From the NCBI GenBank assembly GCA_035259205.1, contig DATFWO010000285.1, positions 5,987 through 69,986 on the forward strand: 64,000 nucleotides of DNA, read 5' to 3'. This DNA is from Burkholderiales bacterium (GTDB taxonomy: Bacteria > Pseudomonadota > Gammaproteobacteria > Burkholderiales > SG8-41). Every line of letters begins with the position of its first letter. Positions within the stretch are counted from its first letter, which is position 1. Below the pieces are notes generated by a model, which worked only from the letters and a program-made list of their open reading frames with translations, searched no databases and was not told the DNA's origin. Of the stretch, positions 28,298 to 36,633 are shown piece by piece. The translations under genes and the position numbers were made by a program.

Positions 28298-29785
28298 ATG
28301 GCTGCCCCAAACAGCGACAAATACCGCGATGAAGTAGGCGAGCTGATCGCCAATTATGTGGTGCGGGTTTCCGACAAGCTGGAGCCGCGCGCCGAACGCG
28401 GGGCGAAAGCCGTACTCATCGATTCGATTGCCGTTGCTGTAGCCGCGTTACGGCATCCTGCCGCGCAGAATGCGCGGCGGCATGCTTACCGCTTTCCGGC
28501 CAATGGACCCGGCTGCGTGATCTGGGGCACGCAGAAGCGCACGGAGCCCGAGTTGGCCGCTCTGACCAACGGCGTCCTGCTGAGATGCCACGACTACAAC
28601 GATTTCTTCGTCGGCCAGCGCAACAGCGGCCATTCGAGCGATATCATGGCCGGCGTGATAGCCGCCGCCGAATGGACCGATGCGCCCGGGAAGAAACTGC
28701 TGTCGGCGATCGCGATTGGCTACGAAATGGTGGGCGCGGCGTTCGATTCTTTCTCGACCGCGCCGGGCGGCTGGGACTATACCAACCTCTCGGCTCTGGG
28801 GGCGACTGCAGCCATCGCGAGGCTGCTGAAGCTCAATGCCGACCAGACCCGTGAGGCGATGGGGATGACGGTGGTTCCCCACTTCGCGAGCGACGAGATC
28901 GAATCGGGCGAGCTCAACCAGCGCGGCGACCTCTCGATGTGGAAGCGCTTCAACGGCGCGGACGCCGTGAGAAATTCACTCCAGGCCTGTCTCCTCGCGC
29001 AGGTGGGTGTGGAGGCGGCTGTCAGGCCGTTTGTCGGAAAGAACGGCTTCATTCAAAAGCTCGCCAACAAGGAAGATCCCGTCCCGGTGCTGCGCGAGCG
29101 GCTGAATCCGCGTATTCCCCTCGGCCGGGTGAACGACGCTTTCCTGAAGCGATGGCCGGTCGGCTCCCTCGCGCAAAGCGCGATCCAGGCCGCACTGGAG
29201 GCGCGGTCGCAGATCAAGGATCTTTCGCGGATCAAGCAGATACGCGTTTTCGCCGAAGAAGGAGCCTACGACCATCTGGTCAAGATCCGTCAGGATCCGT
29301 GGAATCCCATTTCGCGGGAGACCGCGGATCATTCGCTGCCTTATATCATCGCGGCGGCGGTGCTGGATGGATACATCCGGGTCGGGAGCTTCAATCCGAA
29401 GGTGGTCCTCGACCCGGCCCGTCAGGCGTTCATCAAAAAGGTAGTAGCGGAGCCTTCGCTCGAGCTCGGCTCGCACGCCATCGGCAAGCACAAGCGCGTG
29501 GAGATGGGCTACCTGTCTCGTGTCGAGATCGAGCTCGCGGACGGTGCAGTCGTGCGCGGCGAGGCGCGACCGTTCCCCGGGCACCACAGGAATCGTTTCT
29601 CCGATGCCGACCTCGAAGAGAAGCTGCGCGAAAACGTCGAGCCGATCGCCGGCGCGCAGCGTACGGCAAAATTAAAGTCGCTCTTGTGGTCGCTGGAAAA
29701 GGTCAAGGGCGCGCGTGAATTGACCAGGCTCCTGGCATTCGGCGGGAAGATCGATATCGACAGCGCCCGAGCTCGCGAGCGCTGA
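28298..29785 (+). CDS. MmgE/PrpD-family protein
   Basis: Track ORF 28283 (GTG) trimmed to ATG 28298. 495 aa. ...AKAVLIDSIAVAVAALRHP... and overall length are typical of the MmgE/PrpD family. Confidence 0.85.
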   Translation: MAAPNSDKYRDEVGELIANYVVRVSDKLEPRAERGAKAVLIDSIAVAVAALRHPAAQNARRHAYRFPANGPGCVIWGTQKRTEPELAALTNGVLLRCHDYNDFFVGQRNSGHSSDIMAGVIAAAEWTDAPGKKLLSAIAIGYEMVGAAFDSFSTAPGGWDYTNLSALGATAAIARLLKLNADQTREAMGMTVVPHFASDEIESGELNQRGDLSMWKRFNGADAVRNSLQACLLAQVGVEAAVRPFVGKNGFIQKLANKEDPVPVLRERLNPRIPLGRVNDAFLKRWPVGSLAQSAIQAALEARSQIKDLSRIKQIRVFAEEGAYDHLVKIRQDPWNPISRETADHSLPYIIAAAVLDGYIRVGSFNPKVVLDPARQAFIKKVVAEPSLELGSHAIGKHKRVEMGYLSRVEIELADGAVVRGEARPFPGHHRNRFSDADLEEKLRENVEPIAGAQRTAKLKSLLWSLEKVKGARELTRLLAFGGKIDIDSARARER

Positions 29786-29800
29786 ATGAAATCATTTTGA

Positions 29801-29853
29801 CCGCAGATACACGCAGATCAACGCGAGGGATGGTAAGCGGTAAACTGATCAGG
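29801..29853. repeat. Hybrid short-period array: CCGCAGATACACGCAGATCAACGCGA followed by GGTAAGC GGTAAAC TGATCAG GTGAACC
   Basis: Read directly, between the PrpD-like stop and the Rieske gene start. The first part matches one arm of the 10988-11101 element. Confidence 0.6.
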
Positions 29854-29860
29854 TGAACCC

Positions 29861-31141
29861 ATGATGAATGAGGAAACCAACACACTGCTCACCCGCACCG
29901 GCCCCGGCACGCCGATGGGTGAATTGTTCAGGCGCTACTGGATACCGGCGCTGCTCGACTGGGAACTGCCCGAGCGGGATTGCGCTCCCGTGCGCGTGAA
30001 GCTCCTGGGAGAACGGCTGATCGCCTTTCGCGATTCGGAGGGCCGGATCGGGTTGATCGACGAGTTCTGCGCCCATCGCGGCGTCTCGCTGTGGTTCGGG
30101 CGCAACGAGGAATGCGGACTGCGTTGTCCGTACCACGGTTGGAAGTATGACGTGACCGGGCAATGCGTGGACCTGCCTTCGGAGGCCGAAGAAACGGGCA
30201 TGCGTGCGCGCATCAAGCTCAAGTCCTACGCTTGCGCGGAGGTGGGCGGCGTCATCTGGGCCTACATGGGCCCGCCGGCGGAGAAGCCGCCACTGCCGGG
30301 ATTCGAGTGGGTTCAACTGCCCCCGTCGCACCGCGTCGTCACCAAGCGCTGGCAGGAAAGCAATTACTTGCAGGCGGTCGAAGGCGGCATCGATTCGAGT
30401 CATGTGTCTTTCCTGCACCGGGGCGACATGGCCAGCGATCCGTTTCACAAGAACACCGGCGGCGCGAGGATGGTGAAAGCCACCAAGACCACATTCGACA
30501 TCGTCGACTCTCCCGGCGGCATGTTGATCGGCGCGCGGCGCGACGCGGAACCCGGCAAGCACTACTGGCGCATCACGCAATTCATCATGCCCTGGTATAC
30601 GCTGATCCCGCCCTATGCAAACAACGCCCTCAACGGCCATGCGTGGGTGCCCATGGACGACGAGAACTGCGTGGCATGGTCCATGACGTTCCATCCCACG
30701 GCGCCCATATCCGAGAAGGACGTCGAGCTGCTCAAGGACGGCAACGGGGTTCACGCCACCCTGATACCCGGCACCTTCCGTCCTCTGGCGAACCGCACCA
30801 ACGACTACCTGATCGACCGCGCCAAGCAGAAGAGCGGGCGCCATTACAACGGGGTCAGGGGCCTTGCCATGCAGGATGCATCGGTGCAGGAGAGCATCGG
30901 GCCCATCGCGGATCGGCGCACGGAGAACCTCGTCTCGACCGATAACGCGATCATCATGGCGCGCCAGCGGCTGATCAAGGCCGCGCAGGCGGTGCAGGAC
31001 GGCGGCCGCGCCCCGGGACTGGAGCCGGGCGACCAGCTCATACGGTCGGCCTCTCTTGTCCTGCCGGCGGACGCCGACTTCAGGCGACATGCGCTGGACG
31101 CGGTGAAGTACCGCAAGGGCGAGCCGCACGTGGCCGTCTGA
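29861..31141 (+). CDS. Rieske [2Fe-2S] non-haem-iron oxygenase, alpha subunit (phthalate/vanillate-type, no beta subunit)
   Basis: 426 aa. Rieske motif CAHRGVSLWFG...CPYHGWKYD. The catalytic domain carries H..SH / D motifs (DSSHVSFLH). Confidence 0.85.
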   Translation: MMNEETNTLLTRTGPGTPMGELFRRYWIPALLDWELPERDCAPVRVKLLGERLIAFRDSEGRIGLIDEFCAHRGVSLWFGRNEECGLRCPYHGWKYDVTGQCVDLPSEAEETGMRARIKLKSYACAEVGGVIWAYMGPPAEKPPLPGFEWVQLPPSHRVVTKRWQESNYLQAVEGGIDSSHVSFLHRGDMASDPFHKNTGGARMVKATKTTFDIVDSPGGMLIGARRDAEPGKHYWRITQFIMPWYTLIPPYANNALNGHAWVPMDDENCVAWSMTFHPTAPISEKDVELLKDGNGVHATLIPGTFRPLANRTNDYLIDRAKQKSGRHYNGVRGLAMQDASVQESIGPIADRRTENLVSTDNAIIMARQRLIKAAQAVQDGGRAPGLEPGDQLIRSASLVLPADADFRRHALDAVKYRKGEPHVAV

Positions 31142-31146
31142 CGACG

Positions 31147-31292
31147 GCAAATCCCAAATCCCAAACTCCGAATCCCAAACCCCAAATCCCAAATTTCAAA
31201 CGCGGGCGCTTGCCATTTGATGCTTGGAATTTGTCTGCTATGTGGTGCTTGGAATTTGTTTGTTATTTGGTTTTTGTTGCTTGTAGCTTGCT
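31147..31292. repeat. Eight tandem heptamers (GCAAATC CCAAATC CCAAACT CCGAATC CCAAACC CCAAATC CCAAATT TCAAACG) followed by a complementary T/G-rich 7-nt-period arm (..TTGGAATTTGT..TTATTTGGTTTTTGTTGCTTG)
   Basis: Read directly. A markedly AT-richer island starting 6 nt after the Rieske gene stop and ending 17 nt before the Bug gene start. Confidence 0.85.
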
Positions 31293-31308
31293 TTAACGAG
31301 GGTGGAAA

Positions 31309-32280
31309 ATGAAGGTACGCGTCATTGCCTCCGCGGCGGTTCTGCTGCTCGCTGCCGCGCTGCCGGCGATATCCCCGGCTCAAGACTATCCTTCACGCCC
31401 CATCCGGTTCATCGTGCCGTTCACCCCCGGCACGACCGCAGATTCGCTCGCGCGGCTGCTCGGCCCGCAGATATCGCAGGGCTGGAGCGTTCCCGTCGTC
31501 GTGGACAATCGAAGCGGCGCCTCAGGGATGATCGGCATCGAGCTGGTCGCCGCGGCCAATCCCGACGGCTATACCTTCCTCTTTGCCTCGACGGCGTTCG
31601 GCACGCTGGCGGCGACGCACCCGAAGCCGTCCTACGATCCATTCAAGAGTTTCGCGCCGGTGCTGCTGATCGGGACGAGCCCGCTTACACTGGTAGTCGC
31701 CGTCAAGTTTCCTGCCACGACCGTGCGCGAGTTCATCGATCAGGTCAGGAAGCAGCCTGGCGTCTACAACTACGGGACGTCGGGGGCGGGCAGTGTGTTT
31801 CACCTGTCCATGGAGCTGTTCAAGCAGGAGAACAATCTCAGCCTGGTCCACGTACCCTACAAGGGGACGACGGGCGTGCTCGCCGATCTCGCCGCCGGTC
31901 AGGTTCAGGCGAGCATGCTGGTATTCCAGACGGTCGCGCCGCTCGCGCAGGGGGGGAAAGTGCGCATGCTTGCCGTGATGGGGCGCGAGCGGATGCCGCA
32001 GTTTCCGCAAGTGCCGACGCTGGTCGAATCCGGCATGCCCAATATGGTGGTCGAGAACTGGACCGGCGTGATGGCGCCTGCCAAAACATCGCGGGCCGTG
32101 ATCGCCAAGCTCAATGCTGAGATCAACCGCCTGCTCGCCCTTCCCGAGACGAAGGACGTGCTGGCGAAGATCGGCGTGAGCGTCGTTGGCGGCACGCCCG
32201 AAACCTTGGACGCGCTGGTGCGCAAAGAGATCAAGACGTGGACCGAGGTGTCAAAGCGGGGGAATATCGTCCTGGAGTGA
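31309..32280 (+). CDS. Bug/TctC-family periplasmic solute-binding protein
   Basis: 323 aa. Signal peptide, QDYPSRPIRFIVPFTPGTTAD, DNRSGASGMIG, PDGYT, YGTSGAGSVFHL, HVPYKG. Confidence 0.9.
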   Translation: MKVRVIASAAVLLLAAALPAISPAQDYPSRPIRFIVPFTPGTTADSLARLLGPQISQGWSVPVVVDNRSGASGMIGIELVAAANPDGYTFLFASTAFGTLAATHPKPSYDPFKSFAPVLLIGTSPLTLVVAVKFPATTVREFIDQVRKQPGVYNYGTSGAGSVFHLSMELFKQENNLSLVHVPYKGTTGVLADLAAGQVQASMLVFQTVAPLAQGGKVRMLAVMGRERMPQFPQVPTLVESGMPNMVVENWTGVMAPAKTSRAVIAKLNAEINRLLALPETKDVLAKIGVSVVGGTPETLDALVRKEIKTWTEVSKRGNIVLE

Positions 32281-32351
32281 TCCCGGGCTGACCGGACGGC
32301 AAGCAGGGAGCCTCCTCGCTGAACCCGGGCGTGGCGACCGGTCAAAAGAAG

Positions 32352-33356
32352 ATGACACAAGACGGTCATCTGCCAATTCCCGTCATCGACGTGAGCGCGC
32401 TCGTCTCGGCAGGGGAAGGCCGTCACGAGGTCGCGGCCAGGATAGGCGCAGCGTGTCGTGAATCTGGGTTTTTTTACATCGTCGGCCATGGCGTAGACGA
32501 AGGCCTTCAGCAGCAGCTGGAAGAGGTCAGCAGACGGTTTTTCGCGCATGATGTCGGGACCAAGCTTCAGACAGCGATGTCGCGCGGAGGCAGGGCGTGG
32601 CGGGGATACTTCCCGGTGGGGGGCGAGCTGACCTCCGGCAAGCCCGACCTGAAGGAGGGAATCTATTTTGGCGCCGAGCTCGGGGAAGATCACCCGCTCG
32701 TGAAGGCGGGCACTCCGCTGCATGGCCCCAACCTCTTCCCGCCCACCGTGCCGAAGATGAGAGAGGTGGTTCTGGAATACATGGAAGCAATGACGCGCCT
32801 CGGTCACTCCCTGATGGCGGGTGTCTCCTTGAGCCTAGGTTTGGAGGAATCCTATTTTGCGGACCGTTACACGGCGGATCCCCTGATCCTGTTTCGCATC
32901 TTCAACTATCCCGCGCCTTCACGCAGCCCCGGCGCAGAATCGCTTCTGGGCGTGGGAGAGCATACCGACTACGGATTGCTTACCATCCTCAAGCAGGACA
33001 TGTCGGGAGGCCTGCAGGTCAAGATAAAGTCTCGGTGGGAGCCAGCTCCTCCGATACCCAACTCGTTCGTGTGCAACATAGGGGACATGCTCGATCGGAT
33101 GACCGGGGGACGCTATCTATCTACGCCTCATCGTGTCCGGAATCCGGCCGATCACGATCGAATGTCTTTTGCATTCTTTTTTGATCCGAGCTTCAATGCG
33201 GAAGTCAGGCCGATCGATATCACCACAGGAGTGATCGACAACAAGGAGGAGCGTTGGGACCGCGCCAGCGTTCACGAGTTTCGCGGCACATATGGCGATT
33301 ATCTGTTGAGCAAGGTCTCGAAGGTTTTTCCAAACTTGCGTCGCAAAGTGCTCTAG
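32352..33356 (+). CDS. 2-oxoglutarate/Fe(II)-dependent oxygenase (isopenicillin N synthase-like family)
   Basis: 334 aa from ATG 32352 (GTG 32331 is possible). LPIPVIDVSAL...ACRESGFFYIVGHGV N-terminal domain. HTDYGLLTIL (HxD) and STPHRV (distal His, Arg). Confidence 0.85.
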   Translation: MTQDGHLPIPVIDVSALVSAGEGRHEVAARIGAACRESGFFYIVGHGVDEGLQQQLEEVSRRFFAHDVGTKLQTAMSRGGRAWRGYFPVGGELTSGKPDLKEGIYFGAELGEDHPLVKAGTPLHGPNLFPPTVPKMREVVLEYMEAMTRLGHSLMAGVSLSLGLEESYFADRYTADPLILFRIFNYPAPSRSPGAESLLGVGEHTDYGLLTILKQDMSGGLQVKIKSRWEPAPPIPNSFVCNIGDMLDRMTGGRYLSTPHRVRNPADHDRMSFAFFFDPSFNAEVRPIDITTGVIDNKEERWDRASVHEFRGTYGDYLLSKVSKVFPNLRRKVL

Positions 33357-33452
33357 TTCCTCCTTCCATAATGCTTCGCGTGCCGGCCCTGCATTTCCAT
33401 GACGTGGGCGACAGCATGCACGGCCCACAGATCCGCAAGGTTACGTTCGATG

Positions 33453-34496
33453 TCAGGCCGGCAGGCGTGGCATCAGCCGGAGCGCGTTGTCCCGGTTGAT
33501 GGCCCGCAGCTCCGCCGCGCTGAAACCATATGCGGCAAGCCCTCCATTGACTTCCGCACCGTCTCGGAACGGAAAATCGGTCCCGTAGAGCACCTGGGAT
33601 ACTGGAACGATCTTCATCAGCGCTGCAAGGGCTCCGGCGTGGTTGCCCTGCGCGGTGTCGTAGTAGAACTTCTGCAACTCGTACATCAGGCCGTTGGGCA
33701 GCTTGCGGTCGATGTCCTTGGTCTCCACAACCACGCGCTCGAAGCGGGACAGCAGGAACGGGGTGACGCCGCCGCTGTGCGAGAAAATCCACCGGATATC
33801 GGGAAAGCGCGCCGCCGCGCCGCTGAACATCAGGCTCGCCATGGTGCGCGTGGTATCCACCGCGAACTCGATAGCGGAGTCCGGCACGCCCGTGCCCGGC
33901 AGAAGCCCGCCGCAGCACTGGGCCGTGAGCGGATGGGTATAGATCACGACTTTGCGTCGATTCAGCTCCTCGAGCACCGGCCAGAACGCGGTGTCGCCCA
34001 GGTACTTGCCGCCGTAGTTCGTCATCAGCACGAAGCCGTCCACCTTGAGGGTATCCAGCGCATACTCGATTTCCTTCAGGCTGCCCTCGGTGTCGGGGTA
34101 GGGTATCGTGGCAAAGGCGCCGAAGCGTCCCGGGTGGTCCCGCATGAGCCTTGCGCCGAATTCGTTGGCGTCCCGCGCGATCTTGCGGGCCAGCGCGGGG
34201 TCGCCGAACCATGCGCCGGGGTTGATCAATGAAGTGACCGCGGTCGCGATGCCGCTCCTGTCCATGTCCTCGAGCGACTGCTGCAGCGACCACGGCGCGT
34301 GACTGCGCATGATCGACTTGAGCGCAGTGGTGTACGTCGGCGGCGCGACGTGATGGTGCACGTCGATGCGCCGTGCGGCGGAGCCGGCCTGTTGCGACGC
34401 GCATCCCGGCAGCAGTGTGCCTGCCCCCAGCGCGGCGCAGCCGGCCAGGAAAGCGCGGCGGGCGGGACTTACCCGATCAGGATTCATGGTCGCCAT
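33453..34496 (-). CDS. Amidohydrolase-2 family protein with twin-arginine signal and lipobox-like cysteine
   Basis: 347 aa. SPARRAFLAGCAALGAGTLLPGCAS (Tat motif RRxFL), then RIDVHHHVAPP, ...VLYGTDFPF. Confidence 0.85.
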   Translation of the reverse strand: MATMNPDRVSPARRAFLAGCAALGAGTLLPGCASQQAGSAARRIDVHHHVAPPTYTTALKSIMRSHAPWSLQQSLEDMDRSGIATAVTSLINPGAWFGDPALARKIARDANEFGARLMRDHPGRFGAFATIPYPDTEGSLKEIEYALDTLKVDGFVLMTNYGGKYLGDTAFWPVLEELNRRKVVIYTHPLTAQCCGGLLPGTGVPDSAIEFAVDTTRTMASLMFSGAAARFPDIRWIFSHSGGVTPFLLSRFERVVVETKDIDRKLPNGLMYELQKFYYDTAQGNHAGALAALMKIVPVSQVLYGTDFPFRDGAEVNGGLAAYGFSAAELRAINRDNALRLMPRLPA

Positions 34497-34499
34497 CCG

Positions 34500-35549
34500 C
34501 TACGCGGCGAGTCGCGGCAGCAACCGCAGCGCGTTGTCGCGGTTGATCGACTGCAACTCGCTGCCGGAAAAACCATAGGCAGCGAGTCCGGCCGTTTCAG
34601 CGGCGCCGTCCAGGAACGGATAATCGGTACCGTAGAGCACCTGCGACACGGGCGCGATCTTCATGAGCGCCGCGAGCGCGCCCGGGTGGTTGCCCTGCGC
34701 GGTGTCGTAGTAGAACTTCCGCAGCTCGTGCATGAGACCGTTCGGCATCTTCTCCTTGCTGTCCTTCGCCTCCGCTTCATGGCGCTGAAAGCGGGAGAGG
34801 AGGAACGGCATCACCCCGCCGCTGTGCGAGAAGATCCAGCGGATGTCGGGGTAGCGCGCCGCTGCACCGAGGAACATGACGCTCGCCATCGTGCGCGTCG
34901 TGTCCACCGGACCCTCGACGGTGTTGATCGATGTGAAGGGCGTGACCTTCGCGCAGCACGCCGGGGTGGTCGGGTGGGTATAGACGACCGCCTTGCGGCG
35001 GTTCAACTCCTCCAGTATCGGCCAGAACGACGGGTCGCCCAGCAGCTTCCCGCCGTAGCTCGTCATGAGGCCAATGCCCTGGGCCTTGAGCGTGTCGAAC
35101 GCGTAAGCGATCTCGGCCAGGCTGCCTTCGACATCGGCATAGGGCAGTGCGGCAAAGGAGCCGAAGCGTCCCTTGTGGTCGGCGACGAGGCGTGCAGCAG
35201 TCTCGTTGGCGTCGCGCGCGATCTTGCGACCGAAGGGCACGTCGCCGAAAGTGATTCCCGGTGGCGGCAGGGAAATGAGGGCGGTCGCAATGCCGCTCTT
35301 GTCCATCTCCGCCAGCGTGCCTTCGACTGTCCAGGAGACAGGACGGATCGAGTATTGCTTGAGCGCTGCGGTGTAAGCGGGCGACATGAAATGATGGTGG
35401 ACGTCGATGCGAAAGGGCTTCCCGGTCGTCTCCATCGTCTGGCAGCCCGGCAGCAGCAGGCCGGCGCTCAGTGTGGCGAACTTGCCGATGAAAGCGCGGC
35501 GCGGCAGCAGGTGGCGGTCACCGAAGTGCGTATCGTTCGAATTATTCAT
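34500..35549 (-). CDS. Amidohydrolase-2 family protein with twin-arginine signal and lipobox-like cysteine (tandem paralogue)
   Basis: 349 aa. LLPRRAFIGKFATLSAGLLLPGCQT, then RIDVHHHFMSP, ...VLYGTDYPF. Colinear with 33453-34496, 3-nt gap. Confidence 0.85.
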   Translation of the reverse strand: MNNSNDTHFGDRHLLPRRAFIGKFATLSAGLLLPGCQTMETTGKPFRIDVHHHFMSPAYTAALKQYSIRPVSWTVEGTLAEMDKSGIATALISLPPPGITFGDVPFGRKIARDANETAARLVADHKGRFGSFAALPYADVEGSLAEIAYAFDTLKAQGIGLMTSYGGKLLGDPSFWPILEELNRRKAVVYTHPTTPACCAKVTPFTSINTVEGPVDTTRTMASVMFLGAAARYPDIRWIFSHSGGVMPFLLSRFQRHEAEAKDSKEKMPNGLMHELRKFYYDTAQGNHPGALAALMKIAPVSQVLYGTDYPFLDGAAETAGLAAYGFSGSELQSINRDNALRLLPRLAA

Positions 35550-35567
35550 AATCCCCCGTTTGGAATG

Positions 35568-35582
35568 TAGAACTAGGTTCTA
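35568..35582. promoter_or_regulatory. Inverted repeat TAGAAC-N3-GTTCTA in divergent promoter region (candidate operator)
   Basis: Read directly in the 101-nt gap between amidohydrolase (start 35549, minus) and dehydrogenase (start 35651, plus). An AT-rich GGTATATTTTACC follows at 35595-35607. Confidence 0.3.
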
Positions 35583-35650
35583 ACCATGGTGCGAGGGTAT
35601 ATTTTACCGTGCGAAATCACGCAATCCTGAACCCGGGTTGGAGTATCCCC

Positions 35651-36604
35651 ATGAACGAGGTCCTGCTCATCCTGACACTGCCCGAGAAGGTCAGGATGGA
35701 ATATCTCGGCTATCTGCGCGCGAAATTCCCCCAGGTCACCGTGAACCTCGTCGATCACTACAGCAAGGTCGGTCCGCACATCGAGACCGCCGACGTGCTC
35801 GTCACCTTCGGCCCGATGATGCACGACGACGTCCTGACGGCGGCACGCAATCTCAAGTGGATACAGGCGCTCGGCACGGGCGTGGACGGGATCGCGGACC
35901 AGCCAGCCCTGCGCAAGGACGTCCTGGTCACCAAGATGCACGGTTTCCACGGCGCGCCGGTGGCGGAAGCGGCGATCATGCTGATGCTCGCGCTGGGCCG
36001 CGACCTCCCGCGCGCCCTGCGCAACCAGGCTGCACGGAGATGGGAGCGGTTTCCGGCGACGACGCTGAAGGGCAAAACGGTGGGGATCTTCGGGATAGGC
36101 GTGATCGCGGAGGCGCTTGCGCCAATGTGCAAGGCGCTGGGCATGACGGTCATCGGCGTTACGTCCGCCCCGCGCGCGGTCGCCGGGTTCGATCGCATGC
36201 ACGATCGCGGCGAGCTTGCTGAAGCGGTCCAGGAGGCCGATTACCTGGTGCTGCTCACGCCCTATACGCCCGCCACGCACGGCATCGTCGATGCCAGGGT
36301 GCTGGGCGGGATGAAAGCGTCGGGCTATCTCGTCAATCTGGCGCGCGGCGGAGTGGTGGACGAGGCCGCGTTGCTTACTGCACTCCGGGAAGGGAAGCTG
36401 GCGGGGGCGGCGCTGGACGTCTTCAGTCAGGAACCGCTGCCCGGTGACCATCCCTTCTGGAGCATGCCGAACGTCATCGTCACGCCGCACCTCGGCGGGT
36501 TTTTCGACGAGTATCCGCGCCATGCGCTGCCGGTTGTGGAAGAGAACCTGCGCAAGTTCCTCGCAGGCGATACGAAGAACATGGTCAACATAGTCAGGCG
36601 CTGA
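35651..36604 (+). CDS. D-isomer-specific 2-hydroxyacid dehydrogenase family (NAD-binding)
   Basis: Track ORF 35609 (GTG) trimmed to ATG 35651 (GGAG 7 nt upstream). 317 aa. GKTVGIFGIGVIAEA (GxGxxG), NLARGGVVDE, TPHLGG. Confidence 0.85.
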   Translation: MNEVLLILTLPEKVRMEYLGYLRAKFPQVTVNLVDHYSKVGPHIETADVLVTFGPMMHDDVLTAARNLKWIQALGTGVDGIADQPALRKDVLVTKMHGFHGAPVAEAAIMLMLALGRDLPRALRNQAARRWERFPATTLKGKTVGIFGIGVIAEALAPMCKALGMTVIGVTSAPRAVAGFDRMHDRGELAEAVQEADYLVLLTPYTPATHGIVDARVLGGMKASGYLVNLARGGVVDEAALLTALREGKLAGAALDVFSQEPLPGDHPFWSMPNVIVTPHLGGFFDEYPRHALPVVEENLRKFLAGDTKNMVNIVRR

Positions 36605-36633
36605 GGACACGCGCCGCAACAACGGAGCAGCCG

